From positions 2,792 through 66,791 of the forward strand of contig CAWHNV010000045.1 in the NCBI GenBank assembly GCA_963830785.1: a DNA stretch of 64,000 nt. The letters are read 5' to 3'. The position numbers and the translations under genes are program-made. Source of the stretch: an uncultured Acidobacteriota bacterium. GTDB lineage: Bacteria > Acidobacteriota > Terriglobia > Terriglobales > Acidobacteriaceae. Shown here piece by piece: positions 29,838-39,347 of the stretch. How positions within the stretch are numbered: the stretch's first letter is position 1; every line of letters begins with the position of its first letter. Below the pieces are notes generated by a model, which made no database searches, was not told the DNA's origin, and saw only the letters and a program-made list of their open reading frames with translations.

Positions 29838-30012
29838 TCGCCGATCCACCCTCTCTGGAAAACACTGAAAACAATATATTTCTGAGTGTTATCGATTCGC
29901 TCCCCTCAACTATCCTCGAACCGCGAAACATGGTCAATGAGAGATGCAATCTTGTGCCTTAGTGGTAAACGAGATCGTGAGTTTGCTTCCATAGCGAATT
30001 GCAGTATACAGT

Positions 30013-30027
30013 GAACAAAAGGCGAAT
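30013..30027 (+). promoter_or_regulatory. putative LexA (SOS) box
   Basis: GAAC-AAAAGGC-GAAT matches GAAC-N7-GAAC at 7/8; just downstream of TTGCTT-N16-TATACA. Confidence 0.5.
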
Positions 30028-30433
30028 ATCAAGAAGCGATTTCAACTTCAAGGGGGCGAGGGCCCTCACAGGCTAGATGGGGACCATACCCTTCATACGC
30101 TCTCCCGCCTCGTCGAATGCACCCGCCTCGCAGAGTTTCAGACAGGGCCACTATAGCTTTGAGAGATTGACCGGGGCTAATCGAGAAGTCCCTTACCGAC
30201 AAGGGCAAAGGGATGAGTAACGGTAATTGGATTGGCAGTTCAGAGCGCAACGAAAAAGGGAAGCGAAAACGCCCTTTATTGGATCAGCGATTCTTCATTC
30301 CTTCAATTGTGCGGAATGCTTAACTTGCATCCCGCCACTGGAAAGCTATACGTTTCAAATGGATTGAAAGTTCTTTGTGGCGGCGACGATCGAGAACACC
30401 GTATGATGTTCTAAAGGATTTAAAGCGAGTTCA

Positions 30434-30625
30434 ATGCCAGATGACGAAGAACTGACAGCCGCAGAACTTCAAGAGATTCGCAAGGATATGGAACGCGCCG
30501 TCGATTCGCGCAATCCAAAAAAGTTCAGGCAAATCTTAGAGCAAATCGGTGTCGATCCCGATGGACCCATTGGGAAGAAGCGAATGGCTGCTTTTTATAA
30601 GGCATGCAACCTGGACAAACCCTAA
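30434..30625 (+). CDS. small hypothetical protein
   Basis: 63-aa ORF with protein-like composition. Confidence 0.45.
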   Translation: MPDDEELTAAELQEIRKDMERAVDSRNPKKFRQILEQIGVDPDGPIGKKRMAAFYKACNLDKP

Positions 30626-31468
30626 CTGTGGGCGATCTTTCTAATTGCGAACGCGATGGATTGGCGTTCTGATTTGGTCTTGTTTCGGAGGTGCTTCTTA
30701 ACATCGTTCATCAAATCAGATACGAGTTCATCTTTTGCCCTCGTCGAGCCAAGCGACACTTCAGAACTACTCCTTGAGCGGGAACCGGGGGCAGACGAAG
30801 GTGCTTTCGCATAGTGCATTGATCTAATTTTCGGTCGCGATGTGATTGGCATAATTAATCTCCGAGCCTTGGCCACTACCGATTCAATTCGCTGCAATCC
30901 CGCCGAAATCATAAGAAATTCATAGCGTACGCCAATTTTGCTTACATACGAGATGTAGGCAGAATATCAGAAAAAAGCGCAGAATTTCCGCATTTCTGCG
31001 GATAAGCATTTTTATAGAACTTGAATTGATTTCTACAATAAGAGTTGCTCCCTGACTGAAGACCTTTCCTACAGAAACGTTTCGATCTACTATAAGCGCG
31101 GTCCTTGTAGGAACACTTTTGGATTATCAATAAGTATTGCCTCTTGATCCAAAATTCCCGTATACGGGGCCGAACGATTTCAAAATGCGGCTATGGTTAT
31201 CAATTGAATGATTTGAACGTTAGCCAGTCCGATCCAGGCTGAGACGCGCACCAGCTCGCCGGAGCGTGAGCTATGTCTGCCGGAGGCGGGGCCGTGGAAC
31301 GAGAAACCAGCATAGGCGAATGAAGTAAGAAACTTTAAACGTCGGCGCAGTTCTATGCCCTTGTGCAGGCCACTAAATCAGGCGCATAGCTGGATGAAGC
31401 TATTATATAAAATAAAATATTGTAATACTTCTCTGTTACTGTTAGATTACTAACCAAGGAGATTAACA

Positions 31469-32011
31469 GTGGCCGACAATTCCGCAATCGTACTCTTCAC
31501 CGCCAAGAGCGCCGACCGAATTATCCAGGAAGGTGGGACCTCCTCCTGGCGCCTAGACCGTAACAATGCCCGCCGCCGCAGCTATGCAGTATGTGTGCGC
31601 AACGCACACTCAAACTGGGGAGACGGCACCGAACAGCACCATGTCGCCTTTCTAATTGGCAAGGTTTCCGATGTTATCCCTACCTCTCCGACGCCAGAGA
31701 ATAATGAGTCGCCTCAGGATCGCTTCTTGATCAGGTTTAGCGAATACGCGCACTTGGCCATTCCTGACTCATGGCCGAAGGGGTATCGTAATCCCGTTCG
31801 CTATGCGACTCTCGATGAGTTGGGGATTAATACGTCGACTTTGAAGTGGGAACCCATGCCAGAGCACACGGAGGAGCCAGACGAAGAAGTCGCACCGGCA
31901 TTGACCCCCAAGGGATGTGTCAAGGCACTGACAATCTTTCAGGCGAAGCAGGGATTAGCACTGACATTCGGCGTTTCGCCCGAAGCCGTGGAAATCATCA
32001 TTCGTGGCTAG
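31469..32011 (+). CDS. hypothetical protein, PUA-like domain plus short C-terminal motif
   Basis: AAGGAG RBS; AT-rich promoter; SSW...A...YAV...AFLIGKV...RFLIRFSEYA...RNPVRY. Confidence 0.75.
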   Translation: MADNSAIVLFTAKSADRIIQEGGTSSWRLDRNNARRRSYAVCVRNAHSNWGDGTEQHHVAFLIGKVSDVIPTSPTPENNESPQDRFLIRFSEYAHLAIPDSWPKGYRNPVRYATLDELGINTSTLKWEPMPEHTEEPDEEVAPALTPKGCVKALTIFQAKQGLALTFGVSPEAVEIIIRG

Positions 32012-32082
32012 TGCGTGGCGACTTCGATGAACAGGAAAAAAGGGTGGCCCTAAAGAAACGAGACAGTAAGGAGCGATATCAC

Positions 32083-32982
32083 GTGAACTATTGGAAAGTG
32101 AATTGCATGGAGGACGACTACCCAGGGTTGTGGCAAACTTGGTTTCTTCAACAAACGGTAGCGATCGGCTGGCCCACTCCACAGTTCTCATTAGAAGGCC
32201 CTACCGGCGACAGCAGTTGGGCAGCAGCCAGAGCCGCAGCATCTCAGGTACGAACCGGTGATCGAATTGTCGTGCAGCTAAGTGATTCGCGGGTTGGTCG
32301 GATTGGGACGGTAACGCAAATCAAGATAGAAGACGCGCGATGGAATCCCACAGTTCCCGTTGATAGGAAAAACCCCGATGGCGAGATGGGGAGGAGAATT
32401 GACGTTCGCTGGGATCTGCAGGTGGGCCCCGTATCTCCGTCGGCCGTCGCACGGCTTCCGCTCGAGGCACGGTTCAAGGGGCGTGCGCTTCGATCAACAA
32501 TCGTCCGCCTCAAAGATGAAGCAGCAGAGAAAATCATCCTCGCCTTGTCGAACGATGCGAATTGGACCTCCGTGCATTCGGGATTCGCCAGCGAACGCGC
32601 GATCTCCGAGTACATCAATGCATTTCCTCATCTTCTGGAAGATGGATTGCGCCCTTACCCTTCTGTTGTGAAGACCAGAGAGCATGCGTTCTCTGATAAA
32701 CGTAGGAGCGATGTACTTCTGCTTGATCGGCAGGGCCGTCTGGTCATTGTTGAATGCAAACAGAATTCGCCATCCGAGGCCGACGTGAATCAGATCAGAC
32801 ACTACATGATGATGGCGTGCAAGGAAATATTCGGCAGCAAGAGCAAAACCGCAGTTCGCGGAATCTTGGTACATGGCGGATCGAGAAAAATACCCGATGC
32901 CGTCATGCAACTCGCCATTGCTCCACCTCCAATAGAACTTGTCCGCTTCGCCGTGAACGTAGATTTCGCATCATCGGTATAG
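32083..32982 (+). CDS. EVE/PUA-like reader fused to NucS-type PD-(D/E)XK endonuclease
   Basis: NYWKV...AIGW...GDRIVV...IGTV...RRIDVRW; C-terminal SE....E...RSDVLLLD...IVECK...Q..HY. Confidence 0.8.
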   Translation: MNYWKVNCMEDDYPGLWQTWFLQQTVAIGWPTPQFSLEGPTGDSSWAAARAAASQVRTGDRIVVQLSDSRVGRIGTVTQIKIEDARWNPTVPVDRKNPDGEMGRRIDVRWDLQVGPVSPSAVARLPLEARFKGRALRSTIVRLKDEAAEKIILALSNDANWTSVHSGFASERAISEYINAFPHLLEDGLRPYPSVVKTREHAFSDKRRSDVLLLDRQGRLVIVECKQNSPSEADVNQIRHYMMMACKEIFGSKSKTAVRGILVHGGSRKIPDAVMQLAIAPPPIELVRFAVNVDFASSV

Positions 32983-33182
32983 TATGAGTCGGATTTTCGC
33001 CTCGGCGACCCGGTAGGGGAAATTGACCATAGTCTCCTGTGGGTGTAGTCGATTTTGTGTCGGTCATAGCACAAACGATCCACAAGGATCAACAGGGCCA
33101 GGATCGCAGTACTGGGCACATTCATTCCAAAGCAATTAGAAACCGCGAATTTCAATAGGCTTCAATAATTGATGTGACCTGT

Positions 33183-33232
33183 TTTGGGAGCAGAGGGTCG
33201 GGGGTTCGAATCCCTCCGCCCCGACCATTACA
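33183..33232 (+). repeat. attR (duplicated 3' half of tRNA-Pro)
   Basis: Identical 50 bp to 5414-5463; lacks the tRNA 5' half. Confidence 0.95.
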
Positions 33233-33288
33233 TTCAGGACCGATCCTTCGTAGCGTCATTGAAACGCGCGAATCGCTTGGGCCACCGT

Positions 33289-36018
33289 CTATTCCACTGT
33301 TAACCCCGGCGTCAGTGAGTGCGAAAGCGTTCCTGAGGCCGCGGTCACTGAGAACGTGAAGCTCTGCGGAGAGGTCTTGGCGCCGCAGCCCGAGAATTCC
33401 ACCGCCAAAGTTACGACGATTGCCAGCAGCACCATCAGCCGGGCCAGGCGCGTGCGTGCTTTGCGCATCCTGCCGGCAACGGGCAATAGGATCAGACCCA
33501 GGGCCACCGGCAACGCGCCCCCGCCGAATGGGCTGCGCGGCCGCTCGTTCGCCGATTTGCCCGGCAGCGTGATGGTCATGGTGACCGTCGTAGCCGCGGA
33601 GCCGGAGTTAATCGCGGCTGGAGAGAAGCTGGCCGTCATGCCCAGCGGAAGATTGCTAGCGGTCAAGGTCACAGCGCCGGGCAGCAGCGTTCCATTCGTC
33701 GGAGTGACAACGAGAGAATACGTTGCCTGTCCTCCCGGATCCGCGGTCACTGTGCCGTTGCCCTCGGCAAAGGCGAACGTAAAGTCCTGCACTGTCTCGG
33801 TGATCGCACTGCTGGTGGCGGGTCCATAGTCGGCGTCGCCCGAGTAGACCGCGGTAATTGATTGGCTCCCGGCTGCAAGCGACGTTGTGGTGAGCGTGGC
33901 CGAGCCGCCCGACACCGTAGCCGTGCCGATCGCTGTCGATCCCGCGTAAAACGTCATGGTGCCGGTTTCTGAAGACGCGTAGGCGGGCAGGCTGGCCGTG
34001 AACGAAACCATCGCGCTCATGAAAATCGGATTGGCCGACGAAGTGATCGTAATCGTCGGCGTGCCCGGAACTACAGTCAGCGTCACAGATGCGGTCGCAG
34101 TGCTGTAATCCACCGTGTCGGTGGGCGTGAAGACCACGTTCAGCGTCTGTTTCCCGGTGCCCAGAACGGTTCCTGCCGCAGGAGTGTAGACATACGTGCC
34201 GGGCAGGGTCGACGTGGCGTCGAGTTGCGTAGCGCTCAGTGCCGTGCCATAAACGATGTTCGCGGGCGTGGCCCATGTAATAGGAGGCGCCTGCTGAAAG
34301 ATCACGTTCTCGTTGAACGACGGGTTGGTGGAAAAGAGCGCGCTTGAAACCGTCGCGGTAATCGTGCCCGAGTAGCTCGGGAGCGTGGTGTACGAGGCCA
34401 CGCTGATGGTGAGAATTACGGAATCGGTAGTGCTCGCCGCCAAGTCGGTGGTACGCGAGCACGATAGGGTGGCGACGGTGCAGATCCATCCGCCAGTGGG
34501 GTCGCTCATCGCGGTAACGGTGAGCTGCGAAGGCAGCGTAAAGCTCAGGACCGCGGAACTGTCGGTTTCGTTCGTCCCGCTGTTCACGTTTACTGTCAAC
34601 TGATCGGCCGTGTCGGCCGACTTCACCGTCAGTGGACTCGGAGCGAAGGTGACACTGACCGTGGGCACCACCGTCGGTTGTACGAATCCCGAAAGATCGA
34701 AGAGCGCGTACTCGAGCATCTGTTCCTGCGGTTGCATCGTGTACGAAGGATTGAAATTGTTCGGAGCCGTGGCGCTGTAGCTGGTGCACTCCTTGGGATA
34801 TATTGCGCCGCCGCTCGATATGGAGATGACGTGATAGTCGTTGAACATCACGCGTCCGCACTGGCTTGCCGCAGGCGCGCCGAACGGGACGTTAAAGGTC
34901 ATCTGCATCACGGGGTTGTCAGTAACCGTAATGCCGGAGTACGTGCCATTGTTTAGCGTGACCCACGCTTGCGCGGGTGCAACCACGCTGCCCACATCGG
35001 TGCGCAGGGTACTGATGTTGATCTGGTTCGTTGTGCCCGTGTTCGTTGAGCCGATGTCATGAAGCCAGTCAGCCAGGAAAATTCCGTCGCTGAAATTTTC
35101 CTGAACCGTTCCCACGCCCGAGTTGATCTGTTGCTCTGCCGTCCAGTCGGCAACATTTCCGAAGAGCGCTCCGTAAGCCGGGGCAGGATCAAGCCACGCA
35201 TAGCTGTAATGCGTAGCAAAAATGCGTCCGCCGGCCTCTGCAAAGTTCAGCAGATTCGTCGCGCCGGTCGAGGTCGCCTGATCAGCGGCGTCTCCCTGGC
35301 AGGGAAACATCACCATGTCGTAGCTGTTAAGGGGCGTGGCCGATGTACCGCCCATCAAGGCCGATTCTGACGGAGTCGTCGCGCTGATTTCCGCTCCCGC
35401 CGAATAACTGCCCTTGTAGAGATGTACGTAGCCGCCGGAGTTGGCAACATCGTCGGTAAACTCCGCGTCGGAGATGCCCATATCGCGCAGCACGCATTCG
35501 GCGCCATCCACCGAGCCGGTGGCGATGGCGATGTACGGCATGTTGCCCTGAGTGTGATTGGCCGGCATGCCCAATTGAAGTCCTGTGAGGGGGCTGGTGC
35601 CCACTGCCTCGCTGAACTGGCGCAGCCATTTGCCCGCCTGAATGACGACAGTGTAGGTCGCGCCTTGAGGAATGTTCTGCAGTGTAAACGTGCCGTCGAC
35701 CGCGGTGTAGGTATAACTAACCACATTGGCACCGGTGGGTATCGAGTTCGCGTAGGTCACGCACTGCGCGCCCGAGGCCGGCGGGGTCACCGCAGTCGTC
35801 GACGCGTACACCAGCACGTTGGGCAGAGGCAGGGGATTAGGCATCCCTGCCGCCAGCCGCGGATCGTAGACCGTGCCGCTGATTGTCGTGTTCTGGGCGG
35901 AGGCAACGCCTGAGGCCAGCAGAAGCAGCCAGAGCAGTGCGATCCCCCACCGGTAGCGCCCATACCGGCCGGAAATTGCTGCGAAATGAGAAGAAAAAGA
36001 GCGGACGAATGCGGGCAT
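33289..36018 (-). CDS. secreted/surface protein with carboxypeptidase-regulatory-like, MBG-like and Ig-like (Big_3) domains
   Basis: Signal peptide; TISGTVYDP; ITWATPANIVYGTAL; SSANP...ITAVYSGD.DY; C-terminal TM + basic + GCG motif. Confidence 0.85.
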   Translation of the reverse strand: MPAFVRSFSSHFAAISGRYGRYRWGIALLWLLLLASGVASAQNTTISGTVYDPRLAAGMPNPLPLPNVLVYASTTAVTPPASGAQCVTYANSIPTGANVVSYTYTAVDGTFTLQNIPQGATYTVVIQAGKWLRQFSEAVGTSPLTGLQLGMPANHTQGNMPYIAIATGSVDGAECVLRDMGISDAEFTDDVANSGGYVHLYKGSYSAGAEISATTPSESALMGGTSATPLNSYDMVMFPCQGDAADQATSTGATNLLNFAEAGGRIFATHYSYAWLDPAPAYGALFGNVADWTAEQQINSGVGTVQENFSDGIFLADWLHDIGSTNTGTTNQINISTLRTDVGSVVAPAQAWVTLNNGTYSGITVTDNPVMQMTFNVPFGAPAASQCGRVMFNDYHVISISSGGAIYPKECTSYSATAPNNFNPSYTMQPQEQMLEYALFDLSGFVQPTVVPTVSVTFAPSPLTVKSADTADQLTVNVNSGTNETDSSAVLSFTLPSQLTVTAMSDPTGGWICTVATLSCSRTTDLAASTTDSVILTISVASYTTLPSYSGTITATVSSALFSTNPSFNENVIFQQAPPITWATPANIVYGTALSATQLDATSTLPGTYVYTPAAGTVLGTGKQTLNVVFTPTDTVDYSTATASVTLTVVPGTPTITITSSANPIFMSAMVSFTASLPAYASSETGTMTFYAGSTAIGTATVSGGSATLTTTSLAAGSQSITAVYSGDADYGPATSSAITETVQDFTFAFAEGNGTVTADPGGQATYSLVVTPTNGTLLPGAVTLTASNLPLGMTASFSPAAINSGSAATTVTMTITLPGKSANERPRSPFGGGALPVALGLILLPVAGRMRKARTRLARLMVLLAIVVTLAVEFSGCGAKTSPQSFTFSVTAASGTLSHSLTPGLTVE

Positions 36019-36208
36019 GGCGGCGAACCTCTTTGGCACCGGCCGGTCTCGTTTACCGTGGATTACGCAATAACCTGCCGGACTGCGTCGACTCCGTTCC
36101 TTGAGACAGCTTCCAAAACCGGGCATAAACCGTAGAGACCCATAATACACATATTTCGGCACACATTTTGGGGGAATCCCGAGCGAAACCCGCTTACTCG
36201 GTCGCCGC

Positions 36209-36877
36209 TTATTCGTCCGCGTCCGCCACCCACTTGGGGGTGAAGTCGCTGCGCGCCGCCTGCTGCTCGATCATCTTGCGCGCCTCGGCCACGTGGAGAC
36301 GCATCAGCCGCTCCGCTTCGTCGGGAAGATTGTTGCCGATGGCGTCGACGATCTGCAGGTGCTCTTCATACACGTTCTTCGGGTCGCGCGAAGCCCTGAC
36401 GGCCATGCCCAGCACACGGTACCCCTCGGCCAGGCGCAGCAGAACCTTATTGTGCGAGAGGTTCATGATCTGCAGGTGAAAGGCCCGGTCGGCGGCGCCC
36501 ATCTCCTCTTCCCGGTTCTCCTGCGACAGCTCCCAGATGTGGTCGACGTTCCTGCGCAGCGAGGCCACATCGGCGCGGGAGGTGTGCTCGCAGGCCAGGC
36601 GCGCAGCCAGGCCCTCAAGAAACTCGCGCACCTGGTAAGCCTCGCAAAGGCGCGCGGCATCCAGCTTTTGCACGAAAACTCCCAGCCGGTCGATCGATTC
36701 GACCAGCCCCAGCCACTGCAGCTCCAGCAGCGACTCCCTTACCGTGCCCTGGGCAACGCCCAGCTCTTTGGCTAGGCTTTGCTGCGTAAGTCGCTCGCCC
36801 GGCTGGCTTTCGCCCGAAAGGATGCGGCGTTGGATCTCTTCCCGGACCTGGTGCCGGCCAACAGGCGCTTGCATGAC
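36209..36877 (-). CDS. GntR/FCD transcriptional regulator
   Basis: PGERL.QQSLAKELGVAQGTVRE; DRAFH; EEH. Confidence 0.92.
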   Translation of the reverse strand, partial: VMQAPVGRHQVREEIQRRILSGESQPGERLTQQSLAKELGVAQGTVRESLLELQWLGLVESIDRLGVFVQKLDAARLCEAYQVREFLEGLAARLACEHTSRADVASLRRNVDHIWELSQENREEEMGAADRAFHLQIMNLSHNKVLLRLAEGYRVLGMAVRASRDPKNVYEEHLQIVDAIGNNLPDEAERLMRLHVAEARKMIEQQAARSDFTPKWVADADE

Positions 36878-37051
36878 CATAACGTGCAATTCCTCCATTC
36901 CCGAAAGCCCGCGCCTGGATCATCGGTGCTTTCTCAGCCCCGGTGCGCGACTCAGCCTGTTTACGACTCAGCTAGTTTACGACTCGTGCCTTTTAATTGA
37001 TCAACCATAGAATCTATCAAAATCGATTGTCAAGCAAGGTGCCGTTTTAAG

Positions 37052-37537
37052 TCATTCCTGCCGCCCCAGCTCGCGCCATCCAAAAGCGTTCTCAAAATGC
37101 ACGAATTCTTGCGGTTTACCAGGCTCCAGGTACACGCTGATCACGTCGAAACGTACCTGAGGAGCGGTGCTGCCGGGCAGGTGCCGGACATATTGGCGAG
37201 CCAGGCGGCGCAGCACATTGCGTTTATGCAGGTCGACCGTGGCTTCGGCAGGGTTCAGATCGCGGGCGGTCCGGGTTTTGACCTCGAAAAAGCAAAGCAT
37301 CGGCCCTTGCCATGCGATTAAATCGAGGTCCCCTGGCTGATTGCCCGACGACCATCGCCGCGCCACCACCGTATAGCCCTTGCGAAGCAGTGTTAAACAG
37401 GCCGCCTCTTCGCCCTCAATCCCCGTGAGAAGGTGGGCGGGTAGGGAGGCCGCCCGGCCACGCCGCGCGGCGAGAGAATCTAGTCCCGCCAGGATCTGCT
37501 TCAGCCATTCAGCGCGCATTTCTGAAGCCCATTGCAT
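37052..37537 (-). CDS. YraN family (UPF0102) endonuclease-like protein
   Basis: GIEGEEAA, GDLDLIA, FFEVKTR, VRFDVISV. Confidence 0.88.
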   Translation of the reverse strand: MQWASEMRAEWLKQILAGLDSLAARRGRAASLPAHLLTGIEGEEAACLTLLRKGYTVVARRWSSGNQPGDLDLIAWQGPMLCFFEVKTRTARDLNPAEATVDLHKRNVLRRLARQYVRHLPGSTAPQVRFDVISVYLEPGKPQEFVHFENAFGWRELGRQE

Positions 37538-37702
37538 CGCCAACCATTGTGGCCCTGCCGGGCAAGGGGCGCAAATCGCCCTAAAGTCTGGGCCGCTCAA
37601 GACCGCCTGAAGAGGAACGATAACGACTGCACCGAGCAGATCGGCGTAAGACCTCCGCAGCCTACTAATTTCCAACTCCCCAAGCTCAACCCATCACAAA
37701 TG

Positions 37703-37903
37703 AGGGTGCCCCCGGTCTCGATTTTGAGACCGGGGATAGCGAACTCCAATGGCCTGAAATCAGCCCGTGCCCCATCCTTTCGCGTCTTTTGCGAAAGGGT
37801 GGGAAAGCAACACAAAGCGCTCAGGCCCGGGTGCCCCACTACCGGGGCCCCCGCGGACAGGTCTTGGTCCGTGGGGTGGAGATCTCGATTCTGAGATGTG
37901 GGA
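37703..37903. repeat. cluster of REP-like palindromes
   Basis: GGGTGCCCCCGGTCTCGATTTTGAGACCGGG; GTGCCCCATCCTTTCG..CGAAAGGGTGGG; GGGTGCCCCAC...GTGGG. Confidence 0.75.
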
Positions 37904-37955
37904 AAACCCGAACTCCAATCGCTCCAAGTCAGCCCATCAGAATACTAGCCCGCGA

Positions 37956-39347
37956 TCACGCCGTCACCGCCGCGACCCCACTCAGCTCATGCTCTTTTTC
38001 GGCCAGTGTCAGCGCCTCTTCCAGAATGTCGAGCGCCACAGTGGCTTCTTCCTTGCTAACGATGAGCGGAGGCGAGAGCCGCAACGAAGTTTCTCCGCAG
38101 CCCAGCATCACGAGGCCGCGCTCGAAGGCCAGCGTCTCAACTCGATTCCTCAGTTCCACGGCCGGTTCGCGCGTCGCCTTGTCTTTGACAATCTCGATGC
38201 CGATCATCAGGCCGCGCCCACGTACGTCGCCGACGGAAGCATGACTGTGCTTCCAGCCGCGCACGCGTTCCAGCATGAACTCGCCCACGCTCGCGGCGTT
38301 AGCGATCGCCCCGCGCTCCAGGATGTCCATGGTAGCCAGCGCCGCGGCGATTGAAACGGGATTCCCGCCGAAAGTCGACGCGTGCGAGCCCGGCGCCCAA
38401 TCCATGATCCCGGCCTTCGTCATGCAGACGCCCAGCGGCATTCCACTGGCAATGCCCTTGGCGATGCAGACGATGTCGGGTTCGACGCCCGAATCTTCAA
38501 TGGCCCACCACTGTCCGGTCCTTCCGCACCCACTCTGCACTTCGTCCGCGACCAACAAAATCCCGTGACGGTCGCAAATCGCGCGCAGCTCGCGCAGAAA
38601 ATTCGCAGGCGCGGGAACGAATCCGCCTTCCCCCTGAATGGGCTCGATAAAAATCGCGGCCACTTCTTCCGGAGGCAGGGTGGTCTTGAACAGCTTCTCC
38701 TCGATATAGCGTGCGCACTCCAGGCTGAAAGCCTCCTGCTCTTTCGCGCCTCCGGTGCAGCCGCGATAGACATAGGGATAGCGCACGTGGGTCACGCCCG
38801 GAACCAGCGGTGCAAAGCGGCGCTTCTGTTGCGGCTTGGAGCCGGTGAGCGAGAGTGCGCCCATGGTGCGCCCGTGAAACGCGCCGAAGAATGAGATGAT
38901 CTGCTGGCGGCCGGTGTGATAACGCGCAATTTTGAGCGCGCACTCAATGGCCTCGGCACCGGAGTTGCCGTAAAAGAAACGATGCGGCCCAGGCATGGGC
39001 GCCACGGCCGAGAGCCGCGTAGCCAGATCGGTAAGCAACTCGTTATAAAAATCCGTGCCCGAGATGTGGATCAGCTCCGCGGCCTGTTTCTGAATCGCGG
39101 CCACTACCTCGGGATGGCAATGGCCGGTCGAAACCACGGCGATGCCGGCAGCAAAATCAAGAAATTCATTGCCATCGCTGTCCTCAATGCGAACGCCGCG
39201 CCCGCGCTTCGCCACTAATGGGTAAGACCGCGTATAGCTTGGCGAGATCAGCCGGTGGTCGGCCTCAACGGCCGCGCGAGCTTTTGGTCCTGGCAGAGGA
39301 CACACAAGTTTGGGTCCGTAGTGCGCGTGCAATTCCTGCTTGTTCAT
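37956..39347 (-). CDS. class III PLP aminotransferase (GabT/ArgD-like)
   Basis: NSGAEAIE, FHGRT, EPIQGEGG, DEVQSG, IAKGIASG. Confidence 0.93.
   Translation of the reverse strand: MNKQELHAHYGPKLVCPLPGPKARAAVEADHRLISPSYTRSYPLVAKRGRGVRIEDSDGNEFLDFAAGIAVVSTGHCHPEVVAAIQKQAAELIHISGTDFYNELLTDLATRLSAVAPMPGPHRFFYGNSGAEAIECALKIARYHTGRQQIISFFGAFHGRTMGALSLTGSKPQQKRRFAPLVPGVTHVRYPYVYRGCTGGAKEQEAFSLECARYIEEKLFKTTLPPEEVAAIFIEPIQGEGGFVPAPANFLRELRAICDRHGILLVADEVQSGCGRTGQWWAIEDSGVEPDIVCIAKGIASGMPLGVCMTKAGIMDWAPGSHASTFGGNPVSIAAALATMDILERGAIANAASVGEFMLERVRGWKHSHASVGDVRGRGLMIGIEIVKDKATREPAVELRNRVETLAFERGLVMLGCGETSLRLSPPLIVSKEEATVALDILEEALTLAEKEHELSGVAAVTA

Larger units (their letters stand above)
5414..33232. 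mobile_element. integrative, probably mobilisable element/genomic island in tRNA-Pro(TGG)
   Basis: 50-bp att repeats plus integrase, Xis-like, relaxase, coupling protein, MTases and defence-like cargo. Confidence 0.92.

Noticed and set aside
33183-33232. Second tRNA-Pro gene
   Set aside because: Only the 3' half is present; it is attR.
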